A stretch of 64,000 bases of DNA from Cetorhinus maximus (taxonomy: Eukaryota), in contig NC_135891.1 in the NCBI RefSeq assembly GCF_964194155.1, positions 67,208,001-67,272,000 on the forward strand. The letters are read 5' to 3'. Below, in pieces: positions 24,725 to 38,100 of this stretch (positions within the stretch are counted from its first letter, which is position 1; every line of letters begins with the position of its first letter). The notes beneath the pieces are model-generated. The model ran no database searches. It saw only the letters and a program-made list of their open reading frames with translations, and had not been told where the DNA came from. A program made the translations under genes and the position numbers.

Positions 24725-25085
24725 AAAGGATAAGACCAGGTAAAAATGGCAGATTTCCTCCCCTGAAAGTCAATAGTGAACCAGAGTTTTTTTAAACGAC
24801 AATCTGGTAGTTAATGAGACTAGCATTTTAATCCAGATTTATTAATGAATTGAATTTAAATTTCCCCAGTTTTTGTAGTGGAATTTGAATCTTTACCTCT
24901 GAAACATTAGTCCAGGCTTCAATCCGGTAGTTAATGAGACTAACATTTTAATCCAGATTTATTAATGAATTGAATTTAAATTTCCCCAGCTCTTGTGGTG
25001 GAATTTGAGTCTGTACCTCTGAAGCATTAGTCCAGGCTTCTGGATTGCTAATCCAGTAACATTACCACTATGCTACCATTGCCCT
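24725..25085 (-). mobile_element. tRNA-derived SINE with an internal 120-bp tandem duplication
   Basis: Minus strand has A-box-like TAGCATAGTGG and B-box-like GACTCAAATTC; 24801-24920 is repeated at 24921-25040. Confidence 0.75.
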
Positions 25086-25484
25086 CATGGGTTTCATGGA
25101 CAATTATCTCCATGTGTCCTGTAAAATACTGTGACTAATGAATGATTAGTGTTGGAGTGAAAAATGTTACATTGATTTGTGCAGGACAGTCTACTGTTGA
25201 AGGCTCATTGTTGAGACTGTAAAAGGTTACTTTGCATCTGACCAATGCTGTATGTACATAAATTACTTGATTCTAAAATAGGGTGGTCAATTGTTGTTAA
25301 ATAGCACAGACATTCCTACTTTAAGGAGCAAAGTAAAAAAAAAGTTATTTTATTCCACCTATTTCATATTTTGCATAGAAACAGGGGTAGGCCTTTCAGC
25401 TCTTTGAGCCTGTTTTAGCTTGTGGCTAATATATATTTCGGTTCCTTTTATCCACCTTTGATCCATTTTCCTTGACATTCTTAC

Positions 25485-26310
25485 TCTGACTGTGGTAAAC
25501 TGTCCCTCCTCATCCTCATCCACTTGTCTGCAGCTTTTGCATAGTTGACCACATCATCCTCCTGCAACACCTTTCCTCCATTGCTCAATTAGGTGGGACT
25601 GCACTTATTTGGGTCTATTTATATCCAGTAGCGGCCAAAGAAACATCATTTACATGCTGCCCCTCAACACCACCATCTGAAACCACATCAGGTTCCACAT
25701 AGATGTTGACCGCACACTGTTCTAATTCACCACAACATCCTGAACCCATCCACTGCCTCTGTCACGCTGCCAATTAACTTTTGGGAAGACTGAGCCATTG
25801 TTGTTGATCCCCACGTCAAGCACCATTCCCTAGCCACAAACTCCATCCCTCTCCTTGGCAACTTTTTGAGGCTGAAGCAGAACATTTGCAGACCTCGCAT
25901 TCTGTTTGACCCTGTGATATGTTTCCTTTCCCATATCCTCCCCAGGATCAAGATCGTCCACTTCTACCTCTGTAATGTTGCCTATCTTTGCCCCTGCTTC
26001 AGCTGCTGAAACCTTCATCTATCTCTTACTTCTAAGCTCAATTATTCCAGTGCACTCTGGGCCTGTCTTCCACCTTGCACCCTCCTTAAACTTGAACTCA
26101 TCCACAGCTCTGGTACTTGTATATTAACAAGTCCCATCACCCATCTCCCCTGCACTCACTCACATGGGAACAGGAGTTGGCTATTCATCCCTTTGAGCCT
26201 GTTCCACTGTTCACCTAGATCATTACAATAACTCCCAGTCCAGCAATTCCTTGATATTAAAATTCTTGCCCTCAATTTCAAACCCCTGCATGGCCTCACC
26301 TCACCGCCAC
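25485..26310 (+). mobile_element. L2 LINE RT/3' fragments
   Basis: ctcctcatcctcatccacttgtctgcagcttttgcatagttgaccac resembles LLILLDLSAAF..VDH; later ETFI...TSKLNYS-like segment. Confidence 0.65.
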
Positions 26311-26319
26311 ACCAAGGGT

Positions 26320-26960
26320 TATAGATTACCACTACCTTTTGTGTGCAAAATGCTTCCTAATTTCAGTCCTAAATGGTAGAGCCTTGGTTTTAAGATTGTG
26401 CCCCCTTGTTGTAAAATCCACCATAGAGGAGCTATATTCCTTGTTTCTACTTTGAATTGTTTTATCGTTTTAAACAACTCAATTTAATCACCCATCAGCA
26501 TTCTAAACGCAAGAAAATTCAAGTCACGTTTATGCAACCTTTTCTCATAATTACAGTCTTTAAACCCTGCATTATATCTCCTCCAAAAGCATTAGTTTCT
26601 CTTGAGGTTTAGTGTCGAAAACTGAATACAGTGCTCTGGATGAGGTCTGACCAATTCTCTGTACAATTAAAGTATAATTTCTTCCCCTTTGTATTGCAGC
26701 ATCTTGTGATTATAACATTTTATTAAACATGTTTGATTACTGTCCCTGTGCATCAGCTTTTAATGAACTTGTGTACCAGGATACTAAAATCTCTTTCCTC
26801 TTCTGGAGTTTCTCATTAAATATTCTGATTGGTCTTTCTTGGATCCAAAGTAGATGAACTCATGGTTCCTCGTATTGAATTGTATTTGCTACAGGTTTGC
26901 CCATTCATTTAATCTGTCTATTTCTCTTTCTAATTGTCTGCTCCCATCTACCTAATTTTT
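26320..26960 (-). mobile_element. Old CR1 ORF2 3' fragment
   Basis: Decayed LVRPHLEY.VQF and ERL..L-type motifs on the minus strand. Confidence 0.6.
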
Positions 26961-27129
26961 TTAATAACTGATTGTATTAGTACTTGCATTTATGTGGCAC
27001 TTTATCATACTAAAATGTAACAAAACCTTTCTGAGAATTAATATTTGTTTTAGATTATAATGTACATGTATAGTATTTTATTGTGGGATGTTAGCTGAAT
27101 GAAGTATCCTGAAAAGTGAATAGCACATT

Positions 27130-27858
27130 GGCCTGGATTTTGAGGGGTGGGAAAATTGACAGTGACTGCCAGTGTTCACCCTCATTACTCCTCTGAAACT
27201 GATGGTAACTTCAGGATATCCGGCATGTGCTGTTGAGCATGGAAATCCTGAAGTTGCGGTTTGCCACTCAGTGCTCCAACATGGGCTGCACTGTGGACAT
27301 CCCGCAGTGCTAGCGATCACTGAAATCAGACAGAGCTTCAACTTTCCCACCTCATATCATTGTTAGAAACCACATGAAATGTTACAGCTTGTTCAGTCAG
27401 GTGTAATTTAGTTTTTAAAAGTGATGAGATCAGCAAAATTTGAACAACAAAGTTGATACGATAATTTTGTAATTTTGGGGTGCTGCTAAAGGTTTAATAG
27501 ATTTTTAAGCTAATTTTTCTTTTAAATTTAAGAATTTTTTTCAGAATACTTTAGCATCTACCTTCATCCCATATGTATGCCTCTATCTTTAATTTGCTCA
27601 ATGTAAACATTTCTCAAAGTGGTTTTATTTCAGTTGGATGACTGAAAATCTTTCAATGTGATGGGCTGCTTGGGCAGTCTTATGCCATCACTGCAGTCTT
27701 ACACTGTGAAACCCCCAATAAAGAGCGCTGCAGTCAGTTGCAGCATCACTGCATGGTGATAGAGGCGAAATGCTCGTCAGATTGTTCGATTTTCCAATGA
27801 GACTTGCTTTGAGATCAGCGAGTGTCTTTGTTTCTCTGCTGACTACAAACTCCAGGTG
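27130..27858. mobile_element. Possible non-autonomous DNA transposon (MITE-like)
   Basis: cctggattttg (27132-27142) and caaactccagg (27846-27856) form a 10/11 inverted pair; no coding capacity; no clear TSD. Confidence 0.3.
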
Positions 27859-28696
27859 AAAATGACAAATAAGTTAATCATTTACCCCTTAATAAACTTC
27901 CAAACACTTTAGCAATAATTGGATGTTAAAGACAATGCTGGTGGAAGCAGAAAGAAAAATAGTCATTATTAGTGCCAAATTGAATCAGTTACACTGATTC
28001 TATCTGCTGATGAGATTTTCTTATGTTTGTTACTGCAGCTTTGCCTCTGCTTGATGTTTGGGAACATCCAAAGTTAACAACTGCATTGTTGAACACATTG
28101 AGAACAAAAGTTATGAAGCTATTAAGCCCAAGTAATCAATTTTCATTTAAATTCTACCCACCTAAATATGTTCATGTGTTCTACACACTCCTTCTAAATA
28201 TATAATTCTTTAAACAAAATGGAAATATCTGGTCTCTGTTTGAAAACCATAGTTATTTCCTGCACTTCACTTAAGTTAGAGGGTTACAATGGTGGATTTA
28301 GATGAGGAAGGATGGGAGGAGGCTCGACTAGAACATAAACTCTGGCATGAACTGATTTCTACTTTTGCTTTAATTGTGTCAGCATCCCAGACTTTTATCC
28401 AAATATAGCCAACATTTATATGGGCAGCGCTAGCTAAACCAGGCATGACCTGCTGAAATTGTAGTGCTGATAATGAAATCTTTTAAATGGAAATAATCTA
28501 AAGATGAGTCTTGGAGATGTCAAGTAATGGGGCTGTGACTATTTCCTTTAGCAGCTTGTGGTGGGATTGTCCTGGGAAGAAAGATTGGTTGGCCCAGATG
28601 GCCTGTTTCTGTGCTGTACATCCTACATAATGAGCAGTGAACGCAGCATACCAGTTTGGCAGAGCTATATATAAATTGCTGTCTCATGCAGGAGTA

Positions 28697-28975
28697 ATTT
28701 TTTTTTATTATTCTTCCGTGTGATGTGGATGTTGGCCAGAATTTGTTGCCCGTCTCTAGTTGCCCTCGAGAAAGAAGTGGTGAGCCACCTTCTTGAGCCA
28801 CTGCAGTCCACCTGGTGCAGGTACTATTATAAGTGCTGTTATGAAGGGGGTTCCAGGATTTTGACTCACTGACACTGAAGCAATATAGTGAAGTGATATA
28901 GTTCCAAGTTAAGATGGTATGTGGCTTGGAGGGGAACTTGTAGGTGATGGTGTTCCCATCACCATGCATAGTTGT
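28697..28975 (-). mobile_element. LINE family B 3' tail
   Basis: Reverse complement of the tail at 12190-12450. Confidence 0.8.
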
Positions 28976-28979
28976 TTGG

Positions 28980-29395
28980 ATGACGGTAAATGAGTAGCTA
29001 TTGTATCTTGTGCACTTGCGTGGGAAGTATTGAAGTAGGAGAGCAGGTAATAAGAGCGATGGAGATAATGAATCAGAATGTCACAGGAAACAGTCTCATC
29101 AGAAAGTGAGAATGGAGGAGTGGACAAGATGGGATTGTGCTGGAGGCTGTGGAAGTGACAGAAGGCAATCCATTGAATGGGAAAGCTGGTGCCGGTGGAA
29201 GTTGAGGCTAAGGGGGACCTTAAAAAACATTTCTGCAAGGGAGGAGAAGGAATAAGGGCAAACACATGGGAAATGGGATGGGTTCATTAAAGGATCCTTT
29301 GAACTACGATGGAGGAGAAACCTTGGCTAAGGCTAAAGGAGGGCATTGGAGAAATACTGATGTTGAAGGTGGCATCATCAGAGCAGATGCGTTAT
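28980..29395 (-). mobile_element. Old Penelope-like RT C-terminal fragment
   Basis: Minus strand RICSDDATF near 29365-29392, followed by linker remnants similar to 13400-13600. Confidence 0.65.
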
Positions 29396-29784
29396 AATAG
29401 CCAATAGTTTGCTGTCAAAATAATATCTTCTGCACAAATGCTATAGCAACTTCTGATGAAGGCAAATTCACGATTAAACACAAATTCAAAAGCTGCTATT
29501 CGAGATGTGGCACTCTGCCATTAGCTTCACAAAAACAGCATCTCACTATCTTGCTCACAGTTGAAATGAATTGAGCAGTGTGAACTTGCTGTACAAACTA
29601 AATAATATACAAACTGAACTCACCACAGAAAGTTAGAGCTGGTCTGAAATGACAAAGGAGTTTTTTGGAGCCATTTAAAATCTTTGCATATTAATTAATC
29701 CTAGATTAGTGATCAGATTCTTTTAATGCTGTACTAGCCTTTAATTACTGCCAGTGAAACTCTGGCATTGAAAATTAACTATTA

Positions 29785-32015
29785 TCATAGATCGCGGCGT
29801 GTAAGTCAATCTATGAAACCTCGAGAAATCCTTTCAAAAAAGGGGTCGACTTATATGTCGAGTACAAAATGCAAATTGCCAGTGTGGCTGGCCACCATTT
29901 TGAAATGTGAAGAAGAAGCATAATGATAATTCAAATTAATGTGGCATAGTTTATTGAATTAATTAATTGTACAAAGGTACCTTCAACCACAATCAAAATG
30001 GTTTAAAACTGTCAAATTCTTGTCTTCTGCATCAGATGCATAGAGTTCATTGAACTCATTCTGAGTCAGCTTGGTTATGGCATAATTGTGAGGATCCCAC
30101 TCTGGGTCAGATATGGTACTTTTGCTTTAATATTATCCTTCCACAACAAATCATCATCATCATCTCCATCCATTGACTTGGATATTCTTATTTTTTGAAT
30201 GATCTTTTGACACTTGGTGCACTAATAGTGTCCCACAATTTGCCAATGAAATCACACAAAACATCAATACTCATATTCCCACTCCCACTGTAAATGTTTC
30301 TCTCCATCGACCATCCACCTATTCCATTTGGCGTGAACATGATCCTTGAATGGTTTGCTGGGGCACACATCCAAAGGTTGAACTACAGACATTAAACTCT
30401 GGTATAACTGCAATGTGGCTGTTATTTCTTCACAGGCATCTCTTAATTTCGTCAGTTATATGGGATCTGAACATGTCCCACACGAGTAAGCTGCATTCTT
30501 TACCAGGACGCCTATTCTACACATTATCAACCCATAACTTCACTCATTCCTAATCCAACTAGCTGTTGTCATGGACACGCACAAAAACTCCTGCAGGGAA
30601 CTTGATGTTCAGCATGGTTTTATGTTTGAAAATTACCATAGGCTTTAATTTTGTACCATCAGCCATGTCGGCTAGTACCACTGTGCATCTTGTCTCCTCA
30701 TATCCTGTCATTTTCACTAGAAATATTTTCGAACCTTTCCACTCTACAGTTTGGTTGCTGGGCATATTGAAACTCAGAGACTTTCATCGCTGTTGCTGAT
30801 GCGACATAATGGGTACTCGTGTTTTTGCCGCTGCCTGATGATGAATTGCTGGAAGCTGGACATTTTGACATTGAGGTCTTTTGGTAGTCTCCGACCAATC
30901 TTGGTCACCCGCTGCAATGCAAGCCTGTTTTTTTCCCTATTGTGGCTACACCAACTAGCTGTTGGTTTGAAACCTTTGCTGAACTCAGAGTTTGATTTGG
31001 CCCGCTTAAGTGTATTTGCATTTCTGGTGATGATGTAACCATTCCATTGATTTTTGAAGACTCATTCCAACCCATGCTACTCAAGATCTGCCCAGTGGCC
31101 TGTTCTCAAGGTGCATTTGGTCTTGGGTATCTTCTTCAGAGCAGATTCTCCTCCCCTCATTCTCACACCAGTTTTTTTTATTAGCACCAAATTTTCTCGT
31201 TGCAGCATGGTTATTTGATGGATTAGCAACTCCTACGACTGTTAGCTTGAAAACAACTTGCTACTTTGTTCATCTTGCTGGAGGACCCGTTTCTATTTGT
31301 CACTCACCATGCCATGTGCGGTCTGCTGTATATGGGCATGTTAAATTCCTGCGCATTTTCACAGTCCAGCCTGTGTGGCGCACCTTGGCAGTCCAGCCTG
31401 TGTGGCGCACCTTGGCAGTCCAGCCTGTGTGGCGCACCTTGGCAGTCCAGCCTGTGTGGCGCACCTTGGCAGTCCAACCTGTGTGGCGCACCTTGGCAGT
31501 CCAGCCTGTGTGGCGCACCTTGGCAGTCCAGCCTGTGTGGCGCACCTTGGCAGTCCAGCCTGTGTGGCGCACCTTGGCAGTCCAGCCTGTGTGGCGCACC
31601 TTGGCAGTCCAGCCTGTGTGGCGCACCTTGGCAGTCCAGCCTGTGTGGCGCACCTTGGCAGTCCAGCCTGTGTGGCGCACCTTGGCAGTCCAGCCTGTGT
31701 GGCGCACCTTGGCAGTCCAGCCTGTGTGGCGCACCTTGGCAGTCCAGCCTGTGTGGCGCACCTTGGCAGTCCAGCCTGTGTGGCGCACCTTGGCAGTCCA
31801 GCCTGTGTGGCGCACCTTGGCAGTCCAGCCTGTATTGCCTGCTTGATCCCATGCACCAGCTTACAGTGTAAGGTAAGTAAAACATGCATTTCTGGGATGA
31901 AAACTTGAGGCCGACTACTAATGCGAGCATAGCATTTCATACCGGAAAAATACAACAAATGAATGCAAACGCAGATTTTTGGCATCAGGTTGACTTTATA
32001 AACTGCCATCTACAA
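29785..32015 (-). mobile_element. Decayed pogo-family (POGK-like/Tc2-type) DNA transposon
   Basis: DDE_1 motif TGYEETRCTVVLADMADGTKLKPMVIFKHKT...FPAGVFVRVH, with Brinker/CENP-B HTH remnants upstream. Degenerate TIRs tcatagatcgcggcgtgtaagtcaa / ttgactttataaactgccatctacaa are each flanked by TA. Confidence 0.85.
31362..31833. repeat. 27-bp minisatellite, 17.5 copies
   Basis: Unit cagtccagcctgtgtggcgcaccttgg; 31362-31820 is exactly 17 x 27, plus a 13-bp partial copy; one G>A at 31477. Confidence 0.98.
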
Positions 32016-32179
32016 TACTGGTCTTGAGTCTTATTCCTTCAGGCTTTAATTGTTGAACATTTTAAATGTGAAAATAAAAATAAAAGCCACTTTTTAACTT
32101 TTCTATAGCCTTTATTTTTCTCCCAATCTGATCCCTTTTTGACATTGACAAATTAACCCACTGTCATTTACACTAAAGA

Positions 32180-32420
32180 AGGTCTTGTGGCGCAGTGGTA
32201 GCGCCCTGTCTCTGAGCCAGAAGCTCCAGGTTCAAGTCCCACTCCAGGAATTGATGGCCAAGGAAGGTACGTTCGTAATGCTACCAAACAGGTTGAGTAT
32301 CAACTTGTAAGTCCTTCTAACATACACCAGTGGTGGGTGCTAAGAGTTGGAGGGATTCAACATGGGTCAGCCATGTGATGGAGAGAAATTGGTGCCTCTA
32401 CCATCGCTATCCATTACTTC
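32180..32420 (+). mobile_element. tRNA-derived SINE (second family)
   Basis: A box TGGCGCAGTGG at 32188-32198 and B box GGTTCAAGTCC at 32229-32239, then a non-tRNA body; 3' limit uncertain. Confidence 0.65.
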
Positions 32421-32777
32421 TAATCAACCTCCCATTGCATCCTCTAAATGCTCATTGCCTCAGACACCAAATGCGAAGAGTCCGTGAGACTTTATAAGCC
32501 CCAAAACACATGGCATTCAATCTATCACCTCTACCTCCTCAGGTCGCTCTAGCCCCAGCTATACACCTTTTAGGTACTCTATCCCTCGTATATTTCACAC
32601 TTCTTCCTCAATGCACCCCCACTAACCTTATGTCAAGCCCACCACTTTCTCCTTTGACCCGTCTGAGCTGATGATCATCATGTTCCCCATCTCAGTCTCT
32701 GGTTTTCTATACATACTTCAAAACTTTTGTTATTACTGCCCTTCTGAGAGGGTTTATAATAATGCTCCATAATAATA

Positions 32778-33342
32778 TATGAACATACAAACTAGGGACA
32801 GGAGTAGGCCACTTGGCCCCTCAAGCCTGCTCCGCCATTCAATAAGATCATGGCCTCAACTCCGCAGTCCCGCCTACCCCCGATAACCTTTCATATCCTT
32901 GCTTATCAAGAGTCTATCTACCTCTGTCTTAAAAATATTTAAAGACTCTGCTTCCAATGCTTTTTGAGGAAGAAAGTTCCAAAGTCTCTCAATCCGCAGA
33001 GAAAAATTTCTCCTCATCTGTCTTTATTTTTAAACAGTGACCCTTCTAGATTCTTCCATAAGAGGAAACATCCTCTCCACATCCACCCTGCCAAGACCCC
33101 TCAGGATCTTGTATGTTTCAATCAAGTTACCTCTTACTGTTCTAAACTCGAGCAGATACAAGCCTAGCCTGTCCAACCTTTCCTCATAAGACAGCCTGCC
33201 CATTTCAGGTATTAGTCTAGTAAACCTTCTCTGAACTGCTTGCAATGCACTTGCATCCTTCCTTAATTAAGGAGGCCAACACTGTACACAGTACTCCAGA
33301 TGTGGTCTCACCGATGCCCTGTATAACTGAAGCATAACCTCA
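32778..33342 (-). mobile_element. CR1 3' fragment
   Basis: VQRRFTRLIPEMGRLSYEERLDRLGLY plus 3' UTR. Confidence 0.9.
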
Positions 33343-33387
33343 AACAAATTCCCCGACAGCCCACCTTTCATTTGTCCTGGAATGTGT

Positions 33388-34605
33388 TCATAGACTCATA
33401 GACATCTACAACACAGAAGGAGGCCATTTGGCCCACTGTGTCCGCACCGGTCAACAAAGATCTGACTACACTATTCCCATTTTCCAGCGCTTGGCCCATA
33501 GCCCTGAAGGCTATGGCAACACAAGTGAATATCTCAGCACTTCTTAAATGTTACGAGAGTTTCTGACTTGGCCACCCTTTCAGGCAGCGAGTTCCAGACT
33601 CCCACCACCCTCTGGGTGAAAAACTTTCTCCTCAACTCGCCTCTTAGCCTTCTACCTTAGTCCTTATCTTAAATCTATGCCTCCTACTTATTGACCCCTC
33701 TACTAATGGAAAAAATGCCTTCCTATCCACCCTATCTAGGCCCCTCATAATCTTATACACCTCTATCAGGTCCCCTCTCAACCTTTGTTGCTCCAAGGAA
33801 AACAACCCCAGCCTATCCAATCTTCCCTCATATCTCAGACCCTCCAGCCCAGGCAGCATCCTGGTAAATCTCCTCTGCACCCTCTACAGTGCAATCACAT
33901 CCTTCCTATAATGTGGTGACCAGAACTGCACACAGTACTCCAGTTGTGGCCTAACCAGCGTTTTATACAGTTCCAGCATAACCTCCCTGCTGTTGTATTC
34001 TATGCCTCGGCTAATAAAGACAAGTATCTCATATGACTCCTTGACCACTTTATCTACCTGCCCTGCTACCTTCAGGGATCTCTGGATATGTACACCAAGG
34101 TCCCTCTGATCTTCAGTACTTTCCAGGGTCCTACCATTCATAGTGTAATCCCTTGCCTTGTTAGCCCTCCCCAAGTGCATTACCTCACACTTTTCTTGGT
34201 TGAATTCCATTTGCCACTGCTCGTCCATTGATATCCTCCTGCAGTTTATGGCTATCCTACTCGCTATTTACCACCCTACCAATTTTTGTGTCATCCGCAA
34301 ACTTCTTGATCATACCCCCTACATTTAAGTCCAAATCATTTATGTACACCACAAACAGCAAAGGCCCCAGCACTGAGCCCAGCGGAACCCCACTGGAAAC
34401 TAACTTCCAGTCACAGAAACATCCCTCTCCCATCACCCTCTGCTTCCTGCGCCTCAGCCAATTTTGGATCCAACATGCCACTTTGCCTTGGATCCCATGG
34501 GCTCTTACTTTCTTGACCAGCCTGCCATGAGGGACCTTATCAAAAGCTTTGCCAAAGTCAATTTTGACCACATCAAATGCATTACCCTCATCAACACCCC
34601 TAGTT
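33388..34605 (-). mobile_element. CR1 RT and 3' end
   Basis: DFGKAFDKVPHGRL, GVPLGSVLGPLLF, FADDTKI, LVRPQLEYCVQFWSP; closely related to 4919-6026. Confidence 0.93.
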
Positions 34606-35105
34606 ACAGAATCACAGAGTGCAGAAGAGGCCCTTCGTCCCATAGAGTCTGCACCGACATGTGAGAAACACCTGACCTACCTAATCTCATTTACCAGCAC
34701 TTGGCCCATAGCCTTGAATGTTATGACGTGCCAAGTGCTCATCCAGGTACTTTTTAAAGGATGTGAGGCAACCCGCCTCCACCACCTTCCCAGGCAGTGC
34801 ATTCCAGACCGTCACCACCCTCTGGGTAAAAAAGTTTTTTCCTCATATCCCCTCTAAACCTCCTGCCCGTCACTTGAACTTATGTCCCCGTGTGACTGAC
34901 CCTTCAACTAAGGGGAACAGCTGCTCCCCATTCACCCTGTCCATGCCCCTCATAATCTTGTACACCTCGATCAGGTCGCCCTTCAGTCTTCTCTGCTCCA
35001 ACGAAAACAACCCACATCTATTCAACCTCTCTTCATAACTTAAATATTTCATCCCAGGCAACATCCTGGCGAATCTCCTCTGCACCTCCTCCAGTGCAAT
35101 CACCC
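34606..35105 (-). mobile_element. CR1 3' fragment stacked on the previous copy
   Basis: VIALEEVQRRFARMLPGMKYLSYEERL plus 3' UTR. Confidence 0.9.
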
Positions 35106-38100
35106 TGGTCGATACTGCATTAGAGCTGCTATGTCTCTTAGCAGCAAGCACTATCTGAAGCTCATAGAGAAATAAGGCACTTTTTTGAGGGGCGCTGTCA
35201 TATAGCATGCGGACGGAAACCACAGTTTCTTACCTCTGTCTACATCAGAAGTTGAAATGTTTCCTATCTTATTGAAGTATACTTGTAACATGTACTTTTT
35301 CCTTGAGTTGGACTATTGAACTATATGTGAAGTGTTTATTGAAGAGAAGTATCTAACTATAACAATTAGATGTTGTTCTGGTATAAAGTGGAGGTATTGT
35401 GATAATGTGAAGGCAGCTTTAAGGTCATGATCTAGTGCCTTGACTCCATTTCAGGCATTGGTGCATTCACTTTTGTAGAATTGCTCAATAGTGAAAACCT
35501 GCCTTCTCCAGATTCAGTGACCCCTGTCATTCCATGCTATTATTATGTTCTTACAGATTCAGGGCCCTTATATCATTTTGCAGTCCAGTCTGAATTGTTG
35601 ACGGGCAAAACTGTTGTCGGGTTGTGGCATTTGTAATATGCTTTTCCCAAAATCCTTAGACAGATAAGGGCTATAAGCTTCTGCACTGTGAAGAAGGGTT
35701 TTTGACTGTTGAAAGAATGTTCTAACTGATCTGGCCACCGGTGGTTTGTTGCAGTTCTTTCTGGGTGAAAAAGCCATGTGGAAAAGGCAAACAGTTTTTT
35801 TCTTATAACATTCAGAGTTCAAAGCACAGTAACCTTTGAAGGCAAAGACAATGATGCCTGTTTTACGTTTGTACATTCAGCGACGATATTTTTAAAAAAT
35901 GGTTTGAAACAACATGTTCGGACTATGTAGACATGAGCTGAATTTATTTGCTTTGGAAATGCTTGAGGCAACAGAACTGCAGACTTTGTTCCTGTGCTAG
36001 CTCTGGTTTTTAGTGTATCCTTGACACAAGATTGAATTATTTGTGAAGTCTAAATAACTCTTTTTAAATCTTGTTTCCTTTCTATCTGAGTATACTTATA
36101 TCTCTGATGCAGTTATGTAAGAAAGGTTAATGTGGCACATTTCAGGTCCGTAGTGAAATGAAATGTTCTTGGGTAGAATTGGCCTTGTCGCATTGACGTT
36201 TCACTTGCTGTGCATGGACACAGCAATAACTTAATGTATCCGTGCTGTTTTCCTACTTTCTAATGTACAACATTCCCATTTGATCATTTCATTGACTTTA
36301 AATGGATCCATGCCACACTACACTTGTAGTTTTAGCAAGAGTCCCAGCTTTCGGAGATGAGACTGATGGAATATAAAAACTGAGTTTTAAAATGGACACC
36401 TTACCTTGCATCACTGTGATGTGAAATGACAGCAAGCTTTGTGATTAGTCATTCCGTGTAGCACCGTGTAAAATATTTGAGTTTGATGTGAATTCACACA
36501 CTGCTTTCACCAATCAGCAACATGCTGCATTTTCGCCCAGAAAAGCTGGTTGTGTCACAAGCAAGCAGCACTTCCTTAGCTGGCAGCTGCAGTCGACATC
36601 AGCAGTTGACTTAGGAGTTGTTTCTGAGAATTTGCTCAGAAGAGGGAGGAGTTTTTAGCACGATACGGATTGGTTATCATCGTTACACCAATCCATTACT
36701 TTGAATGTTGGCTGCATGATTAACAGGCAACAGTTTTTTTTTAAAAAGGGAACAGGATTTTGTTATATAAGGATCTTATGAGATACTTAATTCTTCTCTC
36801 ACCTCCCACACCGTCTTTATCCAACAGAATCTACCTTGTTCTTCTGATTCTGCTGAAACTATAGGTGGTGCTCCTCTGAACTTAGCACACAGAGCTTTGA
36901 TATGAGCAATCTTAATGTTGTATGTCTAGCCAGACAATACCTGTGCTCTGACTCCCTGCCTTCAAATTGGCAAGCCAGTTCTTTTTCCTTGAAGCAGAAT
37001 AATAGTTTCTCATGTTTGTTGCCTTCCAAATTCTGTTGACATGTTAAGGAAGCTGTCTTCAACAATACAAATGTAAAGATGTTGGCCGCCTGCCCCTGAA
37101 TGACAGAAGCACCAAACATAGTAGTGCCTTGCTGAGTGCTACTCCTTTCCCTGGAGTCATGACTCCTTGCATCCTATTTTAACTTGTGCTTTTCCTAAAT
37201 TTCAAAGCTTTTGAATTCCTGACCTCCAGGTTTCTCTGCCTCCCATAATTTTAAACTTTTTTTAAAAAAAAACCTCACAGTTGACGTCACCTCATGACTG
37301 CTTTCTGATTTACTTCATCTTTTCTCCAAACCTTTATAACCTTGTTTGAAACTGTAGTTGAAACTAATCCTGCATTGAGCACCTCAACTTCTGTTTCTGT
37401 TCCAAGAAGATCCCTTGTAAATTTTACTGTGCCTTAGGTTGAAGACTAATGACCTAGTAAGATGATTAATAATGGTAAAAGCTATTGTAAAATATTGCGC
37501 AGATGCAGGATGAAATTATCACCACCAAGCAGGGCAAGACGGTCACTGAACTAGACCCATATTGATTTAAGAACAGTTTGTTTCAATGTCATTTAAGCAA
37601 CTCTAACCAAAACCAATTGTGGGAGGAGTATCTTCAACCTCTACAGTTAGTTACGACTGAAAACTAAAGCGGAACTCTGCTGTTGGAATTGAACTCTCAA
37701 TACTAATTGTGAAAATCTTTGACTTCTTGAGTGGATTAATAAACAAACCTGTAAAAATGTTGACCCGAAATGGCATAAAAACATTGGCGAATGGTGGCAG
37801 CAATGTTAATGTTTAACTACTCTTCCTAACAGAATTAATTAGTACAGATCAGCACATCTTTATTGCTGCTCTCTGTTCAAAAAGCTAATGTTTGCAAAAG
37901 CCTGCGGTACTATCTATACTGCAAGAACTGGCTGCTCACAAAATACATGCAAAACGCAGACATATATTAAGTGTGAATTTCAAAGTTGCAATCTGGGCAC
38001 TTCATCATGTTTAAAGTTTTGCATCTCTTGGATTTTGACCCCTACTGCAAAAAAACTCCTGCCTTTCTGTTCAAACTGTAATGAGCAAGAAAAATCCAGG

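Noticed and set aside
31362-31833. 27-bp repeat as a CRISPR array or a repeat-protein gene
   Set aside because: Units are head-to-tail with no spacers, there are no cas genes and the context is eukaryotic. The six ORFs exist only because the unit is a stop-free multiple of 3.
32180-32260. Functional tRNA gene
   Set aside because: A and B boxes are present, but there is no convincing cloverleaf or acceptor stem and it runs into a SINE-like body. The same applies to 44333-44445.
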